This document shows positions 50,871 through 62,241 of a DNA stretch of 64,000 nucleotides, one piece after another. The position numbers and the translations under genes were made by a program. The notes beneath the pieces were generated by a model. That model was not told where the DNA came from, made no database searches, and worked only from the letters and a program-made list of their open reading frames with translations. Position 1 is the first letter of the stretch. The number at the start of each line of letters is the position of its first letter. The stretch is from Moniliella sp. 'wahieum' (lineage: Eukaryota), in assembly GCA_003971905.1 (NCBI GenBank), contig RSEE01000046.1, positions 248,001 to 312,000 on the forward strand. The letters run 5' to 3'.

Positions 50871-53702
50871 TTACATGCAAAACAAGCGAGCATTCTTGCG
50901 TTTGGCCACTTCGTCCAAGCGTGCGGCCAACTGTTCTTTGGCCTTCTCCTTAGCCAGACGTTCTTGTTGTACGCGAGACTCCCAATCCTGTTTTTCCTGC
51001 TGGACCGAAGACCGGACACGCTCAAGATCGGCCGAAGTAAGGTCCAAGCGCGCCCGGGCGTCCTTGACCTCAGTTGTCAACTGATCCCTCTCACGCGTAA
51101 CTTCGCCCAGCTGCACCGCGCTTTGCGCAAGTTCCGTTCCGAGTCGTTCAGCGCTGCTTCTAACGTTGCAGCCAGCTCGACATTGGCGCGCTTGTCGGCC
51201 TCCAAGTTGACCAACTGCAATTTCAACGCTTTGGTCTCGGCTGCGCGCTCCGAGAGGAGGCGGTGCAACGATCCTTCCCCACCTTCCGTCGACTCGCTCG
51301 GGATGGTCGTGACGCTCGTATCGCTCGGCTGGGGCGCATGTTGCCACAAACTGGGCGTGGTACGCACGGTGCTGCCACCTGCACTGTCGCGTTCCACGGG
51401 GGTGGCCGAGCCGGAGCGTGCGCCTGCGGCAGTAGTGCTAGTGGCAGTGGGAGTGGTAATGGTAGTGGGCACGGGGGGCACAGGCATAGCAGGTGGTGGG
51501 GTAGGTGGTGGAGCGCCACGTAAGAAACGACCGTCGACCATGCCGGATCTACGAGCCAACGCTCGGACTTTTAACCTTGAATCCTGCAGGGCCTGTTCGA
51601 CCCGAGCCTTTTCGTCCATCAAAGCATTGTAGGCAGCCTTTTGAGCGGTCAAATCTTTCCGGACCAAGGTGACTTGGTCACGTTGAGACTCGAGTTCGCG
51701 CAGTAAGAGGTCATGGCCTCCCATGGGTGCTTCGGCTTCACGTACGACGCGTAGTTCGGTTGTCAACTGGTCCCGTTCGGCGCGCCGATAACTCCGTCAC
51801 GTAATTTTCCAGCGTGACCAACGCCTCGTTCGCTTCGTCCCGTTCTTTGCGTAGTAAACTGACTTCGCCCGGGTCCGAGCCCAGCTGGTCCTGCAATGCG
51901 TCGGCACGGGTGACCAGTTCTACATTGGCTTCTCGCAGTGCCGCATGGTCCGCCATCAACGCCTCGGCCTCGGCCGTGAGCTTGGTGCGTTCCCGCTCGT
52001 GCTCCTCGACCAGCTGGGCAAGCGCAGCTTCATGGTCCGCGTCGAGCTGCGCACGCTCCTGTTGGAACTGCATGCGCATTTCTTCGGCCGTAGTAAAGTC
52101 GACTTGGTCATCCAAGTTTTCTTGGTCCAACGGCGGGGTGGGGAACGCGATGCCCATCTCGCTACTTTCGTCGTCTGAGCGGGGCGGGGCAGGAAGAGAT
52201 TGCGAGAGTTGACGTGACCTTCGTTCGGTCAAGATGGACGCGCGTGTGGTGGAGGTATGTGTGGCTTCGAGACGCTCGAGTTCTTCAGTGTGGGACTGGT
52301 GGAGGTCGTGGAGCTCTTGGGCATGTTGCTCTTTAAGTGTAGCGATGGTATGCATGTGCTCGGCGCGTTGGGCTTCCAATTCGGCCTGCAGCACAGCAAC
52401 TTGGGCTTGGTGCTCCGACTGGGACTGGGCAAGTTGCTTCATCAGGCCCTCGACCATCTCTGCGTTGGGCTCACTTTCCTTCGCCCCGGGCGAGACGACG
52501 GCGGGGGGGGACAACGGTGTTACCGGGGCAGCGCCAGGGTGGAGCGCACGTTGTTCCGTTGAAAGTTGTACCAACTCCTCGTCTCGTTCGCGCAAGGTGG
52601 CCTGCAATTGGTTCACCTCCTTCTCCAATGAAAGTACTTTGCGCTCCAGCGCTTCTTGGGTCTCGGTCGCCATGGGCGTCGCAGCCAACGGCATGGCCAG
52701 CGGTAAAGCCACACTTCCTGACCGACTGTGCGACGCCAAGTTCAACGTCCTTCGCGGGCCATTGGACAGGGTGCGACTATGGTTGGGTCCGTCTGTGCTG
52801 GCTGGGGTAGTGGTAGCGAGAGGAAGAGGTGGAGGTGGTGGTGGCAGCAGTGGTGGGCGAGGTGGTACGGGAAGAGAGAGGATGAACGTCTCTTGTCTCG
52901 GGGGTCGAGTCGGCGGGCTTGTACCGGACGGAGGAGAAGGACCGGCGGGCACGAACAATACTGTTGCTACGGCTGCGGCTGGACTGGGCTGAAGCAAAGG
53001 AAGACCGACGACTGCGTGGGGCGACAGAATCGTCATCCGAATCGTACGCAGAGGCGGTACTGTTCCTGCGTGTGCGTACGGCGGGCGTCCACGACTCGCG
53101 TTGCGACCGCCTGCGCTCTGCAATGGCCAAGGGAGATAAGCGTCCGTCCAGTGGATCCAGCTCTTCCATCTCTTCGCCGTCTTTGGACTGGGTCAGGGCA
53201 GCTTTCAGTCGTGCAATCTCTTGTTCGGCGGTATGGTGACGGGATTGGGCTTTGCCTTGCTCGGCCAGCGCGCGGGCATGTTGGTCCCGTAGTAAACTGA
53301 TTTGAGCTTGCAGCGCCGCAATCGTCGGCGGTGACGATTCTTCCGTCTGGGGCGGTAGTGACGATTCTTCCATCTCGGACGGTAGGGACGATTCTTTCAT
53401 CGCAGAGGACGACGGTTCTTGCATCGCAGACGGCGAGGGTTCTTGCATGGCAGATGGTGGAACGAGGGCACGGAGCGTGCGCACGTTTTCTGCCGCGCAC
53501 GCCGGACTGGGATCGAGACAGGCAATCACAAGTGTACGCGGGGGCGAGGCTGTGCCTCGGACCAAGTGAGTGAGGTGGGTGGGAGCACCTGCGCTGGCAG
53601 GACGTAACAGCTCATCGAGCAACTGTGGCTGGGGGACCTGCATTCGCGCATCAATATTGAATCCAATCTTTGGTCAGTCCATAGTCCCTAGTCCATAGTC
53701 CC

Positions 53703-53743
<41 letters not shown>

Positions 53744-53744
53744 C

Positions 53745-53800
<56 letters not shown>

Positions 53801-54957
53801 GTACTTAGCACTTGGTACTCGTACGGGGTATCGTGTCTCCTGCCTAGTGACTCGAGCCAAATCACGTAAATACGCAAATCACGTACGTACATCACGTAAA
53901 TCACGTACATCACTCTGGAGGGAGCGGCAGGCCGAGTGGACAGGGGCAAGGGCAGGGGCAAGGGCAGGGGGAGAGGCAGGGGAGACGTACCGTGTCGGAA
54001 CTGGCCATGTCGAGAAAATGGAGTTTGCTACTACTTCCCGAAGGTCTTGTGAGGCAGAGCGTGAAAAGCGTGCGCAGGGTGAGGCGACGCGCGCAGCGCG
54101 TCCCGGCCTAGGGAGAGGTAAGCCATCAAGTTATTAACGGACGAGATGGCGATTAGATTCAGATGAGGTTGTTCGGTGCTAGAACAATCCGACAGAAGGT
54201 CCTGTACTGTGTCGCCAACGATACTGACAAACGAAGCTTGTACGGTCCCGTCGGCACCGGCTAGCGATAAGGTTTCCTTGACGGCGCGGGGAGGAGACCT
54301 GTCACGTTGTCGGCTTCGTCGGCTGAACGGTCGAGGCCGTCGGGATCGGCCATGCCGAGGGTGAAGGATTTACCGCTCTGGCTCGGGCCGTAGGCGAGCA
54401 GCGCAGCGTCATGGCCAGCGAGAAAGGCGAGGACGAGCGGGTGGGCAAGACGGTAGACGTCGTGCTGCGTCGCGGACGCGGGCAAGGTGTGGTGGAGAGG
54501 GAAAGAGTGGGGGGGATACTGATGTGGTCTTCGGCAGAGAGGAAGGTGGCAGGCTGAGGCGCAGAAGTATCAGTATCAATGGCGTCGGCGTTGGTCGTGG
54601 CCTCGAGAGGGGGCGGGGTGGAGGAGGCGTGCGCCGGGGGACGGAGGCGTGCTGCGAGCTGCACGCCGGCCGTGGCGATGGGCAAGGAGTTGGAGTCGGG
54701 GATGGGCCTGGGGGCTGGGGCTGGGGCTGGGGCTGGGGCTGGGGCAGGGCAGCGGCGGGGACGGGGGACGAGGGGGGAGAAGAGGCTGGTGGGGCGGGTG
54801 CTGCAGGGGTAGCGCCAAAGCCCCAGCTGCCGAGTCCGAAGGGAGGAGCCATGGTGGGGGGCGGCCGCAGGGGGTGGGGGGGGTGGGAGAGGGGGAGGAG
54901 GAGCGGGAGAGAGAAGGTGCTGGTGGAGGTGGTGGCGACGGGACTGGTAATGGGCAT
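50871..54957 (-). CDS. Divergent kinesin-like protein (kinesin-4-like layout) with a long coiled-coil tail
   Basis: VQLAARLRP, FLAGHDAALLAYGPSQSGKSFTLG (P-loop), SKLHFLDMASSD, intron 53990-53638, LTHLVRG..RTLVIACLDPS..ENVRTLR, extended heptad regions and the C-terminus EQLAARLDEVAKRKNARLFCM. Confidence 0.82.
53676..53800 (+). repeat. Intronic 7-bp tandem repeat (AGTCCAT, variant AGTCCCT), about 18 units
   Basis: Directly visible. Lies inside the kinesin intron 53638-53990. Confidence 0.97.
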
Positions 54958-55477
54958 GGCACTCCCCACGAGGACACGGCCAGCGGGCAGGCAGGCAGGC
55001 AGGCGAGGCGCAGGCGGCGCGGTGCGCTGGCAGGGAGCGAGTGGCGGGTGAGACGCGTGCGCTTTCTGGTGTGGCGGCGTGGCGGTAGGGTTGGCGTGCA
55101 CGCACCGCGCCAGTGTGGGAGGCGGGGCCGGGCCGGGGGCGCCGCTGCGCCACGCGCGCTCCGGCACGGCAGGGCGCACACTGCCCCCCCTGCTGCGGAG
55201 GCACTGCGCCGCCCATGCGTGCCTTTTTTCTCTTGCCTTATCCGCCGCTGCCACGCGGATCGTCGGCCATCCATCCTCTCACCCCCTCTCTGGCCGATGA
55301 CGCTCAGCGATCATCCGTCCGCACCACACCATCCCCTGCGCCGTCACACGTGAATCGGACTCTGTCGGGCTCCTTCTCCTTGTCTTTCTCCCCCCTGCTT
55401 TTGGTACGAGCACACATGCAATAGATGAATCCACACACACACAGCACAGCACACCCCAGTCATGCCCAGCCAAGCAG

Positions 55478-57408
55478 CTATACCTCCCATGCTTTTGGTT
55501 GGCCGTCGGCGCGGGGCTCGAACCGACGGTCGACCTCGGCCGGCGTACCAGCCAACTTCTCCCCGAGCCCCATCCCGCCATTGTCCGCCACCGTGGCCAA
55601 AGTCGCTGTGGTGGCGGTGGTGGTGGTGGACGCAATGGAGGACGCATCGTCAGCTGTGCGCAGACGCTTGAGCCCAATCACCTCTTCGTGCTCGCCTGCT
55701 GTGCGCTTGGCGCCTGCCTGGCGCCGCGCTGCATCCGCCTGCTCCGCCAGGGCACGATGACGTTCCACCTCGGCCAAAATGTCCCGTGCACCCTTTGCGG
55801 TGACCAGGACGTCTGCTACGTGCTGGCCCAACGCACGTGCCTCCTCTACGGTCGTGCAGTGCCGCACGGCATACGCGTTCGCACGCCGCGAGCCGTCGAG
55901 CGAGACAACGTGGGCGACCATGTTGATCCGAATGCCTTCTGGCGGCACGGTAGCTCGGTCGGCAATGCCCATGTCGGCTGGACAGGGCAACTTGGGAGCA
56001 GCCGCTCGCGCCGCAATAGCACCCCGAGCAAGTTGTTCCAACCGCGGTGTAGACGGGCGGGTGGAAACGATCTCATGGCCTTCCACCACCACCACCTCCG
56101 GTCCTCCCGACGAGGACGAAACGGAAGCGGAAGCGGAAGCCGAAGCGGAAGCGGATGCAGGCGAGGCAGACGCGTCCTGGTGACATGCGCTGCACATGCC
56201 GCCCGTCGAGCCGCCTCGTCGTGCTCGCCAAACCAGGTATCCACGCCGACTGGGACCGAACATCCGCCTTCCAACTTGCGCAGCAGAGCGCGCTCGGCTT
56301 CGCATACAAACGTCGACTTCCAACAGCCAATCGACTGGACCATAGCGGCGATCCTAGCGTCGCGGTTGGTCGCTGGGTCAGCGCCAGGGGGAGGGGTACG
56401 AATCTCGACGCCCAAGGACCCCTGGCCGACAGAGTAGTAGAGTACAGGTGCTTGGAGATAAGCCGTGATGCGATGGTGCATGTCGAGGCGGTGCAATCCA
56501 GCGGCAGCGAGGACGAGGGCAGTGTAAGGACCCTTGGCGCATCGAGCTTGGCCAAGCGCGTGTTGATGTTTCCGCGCACGTCGGAAAAGACGAGTTTGGG
56601 GTAGCGGCTGCGCAGCTGGGCCACGCGGCGTACGGACGAGGTACCAATTACCGAGCCGGCTGGCAACTCGTCCAACGTCTGGTACGCGAGCCCCGACTTG
56701 ACGACCAACGCGTCGCGCGGGTCCTCGCGTTCCAAGATAGCAGCAATGTGCGATCCGGGAGCCTGGGTCGTCGGGATATCCTTGAGCGAATGCACAATCG
56801 CATCTACTGCACCTTGATGCAGAGCCGTTTGCAGTTCCTTGGTCCAGATCGCTCGGCCTTCTCCGCCAATCACATAGAGCGGCGAGCGCTGGTTAATGTC
56901 GCCGACGGTGCTCATGGACGTGATGGGGAAATGGCAGGCTTCTCGCAAGCCCAGCTGAGTGAGGCGGGTCTTGAGCTTGGCCAAGTCGGTATCGGCACAA
57001 GTGGCCGGGGCGTCAAAGCCAGGGCTAGGATCGCCATAGCGGGCTTCGAGCATGGAGTGGACATGGCTCGTTTGGACCAGGGCAAGTTGCGAGTCGCGCG
57101 AGGCGAGCACGACGGCGCGGGCGGGTCGAGGGTGCGGGCAGCACCGGCAGGCAAGGGCGAAGCGTTGGCGAGCTGCTTGAGCTCGGCAGTGCGTGCCTTG
57201 GCCGAGGCGAGCGGGTCAGAGGGAGACGAGGAGGAGAGGCAGGGGACGGGACTGGGGACGCAGACGCCGAGTCGGTCGTCGGCAGTGCGGAAAAAGATGC
57301 ACTTGGCGTCGGACGGGGCTGGAGGAGGAGGGCGGGGCGCGTCCACAGGCGGGTGGCCGGGCGGCAGGGGCTGGCGGGGTCGTGGGCAACAGGGCAGCGG
57401 AGGGGCAT
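55478..57408 (-). CDS. HEM3: Porphobilinogen deaminase (hydroxymethylbilane synthase)
   Basis: LASRDSQLALVQT, WTKELQTAL, IVHSLKDIPT, REDPRDALV, IGTSSVRR, VRGNINTRLAKLD, VGQGSLGVEIR and the cofactor-Cys motif LEGGCSVPVGV. Confidence 0.95.
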
Positions 57409-58839
57409 GGTGGGTGGCTGGGGCGCCGGGACGGGCATGGCGGGATGGACGATGGAGGGACAGAGGAGGGCTTAGCTGGTGGAAGCTCGGAGCGTATTTA
57501 CCCACAGGCGCCGCCGGCGGGATCCTTCGTTTTCAGAAAATTGGCGCGGGGGAGGAAGCAGGAAGCATGCAGCATGCAGCCCCGACCGTGCAGCTGAGCT
57601 TCAGCGCGGCTGCCCACGGCGGGCGGCAGGCGGCGGGCGCACGGGGGCAGTGCCACGGCGCTTGCTGCTTTGAAATCTCGCACAGGACGCCGCCCGCCCA
57701 GCAGCGCGCCACTCTTGCCGGCGCCGGGCCACCTGGGCGCACGGCGCCAGTCACACGGCCGCGGCCCAGTGCCACCCCCGGCTGAAAGCCCGGCTGCTTC
57801 CGGCTGCACTGCCGCCCTGCCCGCCTGGGCGGCTTGATTAGCAATGAATATTTGGCTCTTCAGATCTCAGACGCCATGACAACCCCCCATCCATCCATCG
57901 TCTGCGTCCCCCGGCTTTTTTTACCTGGTCCCCCGGCCGCCTCTGCCACAGCGTCCAGCCCAACCAGAGGCGGTACTGTCGTAGCTATGCCTCTCCGGCC
58001 CCGCCCCTCGGCCCCAGCCGGCAAGGGCCTCGCGCGGCAGGCAGAATGGCGTGAGGGCGGCCGGACAGGCGCGCGCGTACTAGTTACTAGTTACTAGGCT
58101 ACTCGCCCCGTGCAACCCCGCTGGCTGGGCCGCTCGCTACTCGCCCTCGGGCCTGGCCCTGGCCCGATTGCCATTGGGGTAGGTAGCGTGGGTCCGGCCG
58201 AGCCAGGCTGGCATGCGACAGCAGCGCCGAGCACCGTGCCAGGCCACTCGCTTGACTAACAGACAAGTGACAAGTGGCGAGGCACTGCTCACGTGACTCT
58301 GCAGTCTCCGCTCAGGCACACGCCATGCATGGTACACCGTACGCCCTGGCTCGGCTTGCAACGTTCAAAGTCAGCCGGCCCAGTGCAACCGTGCAACGCT
58401 ACCAACACCCCCCCACAGCCCCCGAGCGAAGTGGTGCTGCACACCAAGAAGCGTCCCGCGACGAAGCGTACGCGTACCAACCCTCTTTCTGTCTTTCGTC
58501 CTTGTATTGCTGCTTACCCCGTAGTTGATAACCTTTTCGGGCCGACCCCGACCTCGCCGTGCACCTCTTCCTCAATCTAATTCACTTCCATTCACCGTGC
58601 CCCCCACCGCATACGCCACAAGAGCGCTAGGATTGGTTACACTTCACCCCAGGCTGGTGGTGGTACGCCGTGTTGCCTGTTAGCTGGGATTGAATACAAT
58701 TCTTTGCTCTATGCAAAGTGTCCTAACGTGCCCCTCCTCGGCCGCCCCACGTATCGTACTAACTCTCTACACGTCGGATCGACGGAAGGCCAATGTGAGT
58801 GCATGCATGCATAGTGCGTATGCTTATGCTTAGGCCGTG

Positions 58840-60253
58840 TCAGCTACGCCAGCCACATCGGGTGAGGCCGATTCCCGGCTGGTCTTGAACATGAAACGCC
58901 GTCCTGAGCGCGCTTGGACGCGCCGGGGCACTGGTGTGCCCCTTCCCCGCACCCGCACCCGCAGCCGCAGCCGCAACCGCATGAGGTTGCATGACCTTCT
59001 CTTCAAACGAGCCCATACCTCGCAACCCCCAGCGGGCCAGCATGGCCTTATCCACGTCCCAGCTGGACGTGGGCGTGGTGAGCATACGTTCGCCCGTAAA
59101 GATAGCGTTGGCACCAGCGAGAAATGCGAATGCCTGTTCCGACTCGGTGTACATGTGTCGTCCGGCGGCCAGGCGGATGATCGAGGTAGGCAGGACGAGT
59201 CCGCGGTAGCTATGGTACGCAGCATGGTTTGAAAGTCGGTCGGCTGAAGGGGATGGACAGGGTAGTGATCATGGTCAGGTTCTGGTTCGTATCGTGTCGC
59301 AGGTCAAGGAAGGAACAGGGAAAATAGGGGGAAGGGGTGGGGGTAGGTACGGGAGGGTAGAGGGGTTAAAGACGTACTTTGTTTTCAGCCATGGGGTGCC
59401 GGGATAGCGACCCAACGCATTGACAGGAAACGATTCCGGAGGTTCAGGCAAGCGGGACATTTCCCAAATCAAGCCCACCCTATCCTCCTTCTCTTCGCCC
59501 AGGCCCAAGATGCCGCCGGAGCATACCGAGATGCCCGCGTCGCGAGCATTGTTGATGGTTTCGATCCGGTCGTCGTACGAGCGGGTGGTGACGACCTTGG
59601 TGTATACTCGCGGGAGGTATCGAGTTATGGTTGTATGCGGTCAAGCCGGCTGTTGAGCTGTGCGGCTTGGTCCGGGTGAGCATGCCGAGGGTAGTACAGA
59701 CTTCCATGTCCATTTGGCGGATACCGCGAACCATATCGAGGATACGTTAAACCCGCGTTTCCGACCGCCGACTTCGCGCCACGCGGCGCCCATGCAAAGC
59801 GAGTGGAACCATTCGCTTTGGCCTTGCGTGCCTCGGCCAGGACCGACTCGACGTCCGACAAAGGCGCAGCTTTGGAAGACGTGTCGTACTTGGACGACTG
59901 GGAGCGTACCACATCTCGCTGCACCCACCTTCTTTGATGTTCATCAGCGTGCACAGCTGCATAGCGTTGGGTCGTGGTGGGCACGGTGGACGGTCGCAGC
60001 GCGAAAGACAAGGTCGAGCAAGGGACCGTTGTACACCTCGTCCACCTCCGCCCTCGTCCACTCCCTCCGCTCAGGGAGGTCTATGGGAACCGAGGTGGTG
60101 GGCAGGGTGGTGGGCACGGCGTGCCAGCGCGCCGTGGACGAGGAGAAGCTGCGTGAGAGGGGCGGGGCAAGCCGGGGGCAGAGCGAGGGGCGCCTGCAGC
60201 CGGGCGGCTGCGACGGCGGCCAAGGGCGGGCGGGCGGCGAGGCGGGCGAGCAT
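58840..60253 (-). CDS. BIO2: Biotin synthase (radical SAM), mitochondrial
   Basis: Presequence-like MLARLAARPPL, LLDLVFRAATVHR, QLCTLMNIKEGGCSE, CMGAAWR, MEVCTTLGML, AGLTAYNHN, GLGEEKEDRVGL, PESFPVNAL, EQAFAFLAGANAIFTGERMLTTP. Intron near 59240-59377. Confidence 0.96.
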
Positions 60254-60932
60254 GGGGGACGAGGCACGGGCCAGGCGTGGGAAGCGGGCGGGCGGACACG
60301 TGAGGGCCAGGTGGTGGTGGGAACAAAGAGAAAGAAGCAGGGGCGCTCGGGCGAGACAGGGCAGATATAGCCGGTGCTAGTGGCCGATTGGGATTGGGAT
60401 TGGGATTGGGAGGGGGAGCGGGAGGGGGAGCCGGTGCTGAAATTGAAGGGATTGTGCGTGGTTGGTTTCCCAAGCCACATGCGACATCTCCCAGACGAAC
60501 GCCAGCCGTTCTCAGGAGGCGCGCAGACTCAGACTGCGGCATTCCTGCCTACCCTCGCTCCTGGCCCTGCGCACTGAGCGACTGAGGACGGAGGGCGGGG
60601 ACCCGTCCCCCCCCCTGGCTCCTCGGTACTCGTTCAGCGTGGCTACGCCCCACCCGCTGGTGAGTACTGAGGTACTGAGTGGCAGCGGGTCGTGTGTTGG
60701 GGCAAACAACCCAGGCGAGCGTCAGACTGGGCGCTGCGCCGGCCGGTGGGGCGGTGCGGCTATTGCGGACCAGTGCATGCCGGCGGGAGCGGGCCAACTG
60801 GTCGCGTGATGCATGATGCATGATGCACGTGATGCACCGCCCAAATTTCAGTTGATTTCAGTTGGGGTTCCCGCCGTCCTGGGGTCCCCGGTCCACACGC
60901 CTGCCCATCGCCCAAAAAAACAAGGCAAAAAT

Positions 60933-61027
60933 TGCTTCAAAGGGGAATCGAACCCCTGTCACATCGACGTCTCACAGGCACCGGGCCAGTTTGGCAACGA
61001 TGTAGTATACCACTAACCCATTGAAGC
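60933..61027 (-). tRNA. tRNA-Gly(GCC) with a 24-nt intron
   Basis: GCTTCAA/TTGAAGC acceptor stem, CATCG-TT-GCC-A-[intron 60991-60968]-T-CGATG anticodon arm, AGGGG-TTCGATT-CCCCT T-arm, downstream T-run terminator. Confidence 0.95.
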
Positions 61028-61423
61028 GTGATGCTTCGGTCGCAAGCCGAAGTAGAGTACCCTGCGAAAGCCGAATACCACGGAATACCAATTTTCGGTC
61101 AACCCAGTCGTGATCCGATCCATCGCAGTGGTATGGCCACTCCATAGTTACCCGCATCCACCAACCATTGTCGGCTGGCAGATCATGAATCACGAAGCCT
61201 CTTCAAGCTTCAAGCTTCATCGGCATCTTCCTCATGAATCACCCTGCACTCTCACCCGCCTGGCCACGCGCAAGGTGGCAAGGTGGCAAGTTCGCAAGTC
61301 CGTGGGAAGAGAGACTGGTACATGTTATTATGCGTTACGGGGCCAAGCCCATCGTGTCTCCTTGTCTGCCTTGCCTGAGTTAGGCGGTTAGGTCTACGTC
61401 AAGCCGACAGAGGCTAACTTGTG

Positions 61424-61470
61424 TGAACGATGAACGATGAACGATGAACGATGAACGATGAACGATGAAC
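61424..61470 (+). repeat. 7-bp tandem repeat (TGAACGA), about 6.5 units
   Basis: Directly visible perfect array. Confidence 0.95.
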
Positions 61471-62241
61471 ACAACGGTCATTGCACGTGGAGCGTCACCA
61501 ATCCCACGGAGGGCTCTTACATTGTATCGGCGCCCCCCGTCGACGAGGGAGTCCTAGTCCTCGTCTCTGCATACAGCTGCGCCCCTCCCCGCCCCTGACC
61601 AAGCTGAGGGACGAGCGCTATCCAAACAAAAACAACTTAAAGGTATGGTTCTTTCATTCGCGTCTGCAGCTGGAGGGAGGTGCCTAAAGCCTGAGGGCTC
61701 AGGCTGAGCTCAGACCTCAGACCTCAGCCTCAGGCCTCAGCGCCTCAGTCCTCAGCCCACAAGGGTCCCGAGGGCTGAAGCTCTCAAGGCTAAGCAGCGG
61801 GCCAGGTGTCGAGTCAAGTCAAGTCAAGTCAAGTATGCCAAAGCAGCGATCCGGAAGAGAAGGAAAAAGGAAAAGGGGGAAAGGGAAAAGAAAGGGAAAA
61901 GGGAAAGGGAAAGCAGGGCGGGGGGGGGGGAGGGAGAAGAAAGGCAGAAGCAGAACAGTACGTGGCAGCAGAGACGAGGGACACGGCGCGCGTCAAGAGG
62001 GGAGGGCAGCAGGCAAGAGGGCGGGAGGGACAGAGGCCAAGGTGGGACCAACGGGAAAGAAGAAGGGCTGGGCTGAGGCATGCACAGGAGTGGGGCACGG
62101 GCACAGAAAAGACGCGGCGGGCAACAGGGAGGCGAGAAAGAGAAAGGTACGGAGCGGGACGCAACGGAACGGAACGGTCATGGAGAAAGCGAGACGGGAG
62201 AAGAGGGCGGGAGCAGGGTGTTAATCAAACCAAACCAACCA

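Noticed and set aside
53676..53800. CRISPR-like or telomeric array
   Set aside because: It is a simple head-to-tail 7-mer with no spacers, is not TTAGGG-like, and sits inside an intron of a eukaryotic gene.
56180..56200. CSACH (CxxCH, c-type heme motif) in a HEM3 ORF
   Set aside because: It lies at a frameshift junction where the true frame is unknown, and a cytosolic enzyme would not be expected to meet a heme lyase.
59895..59930. Apparent loss of the radical-SAM CxxxCxxC motif in BIO2
   Set aside because: The DNA is consistent with CSEDCxYCSQ after restoring a few dropped bases, so it is likely error rather than biology.
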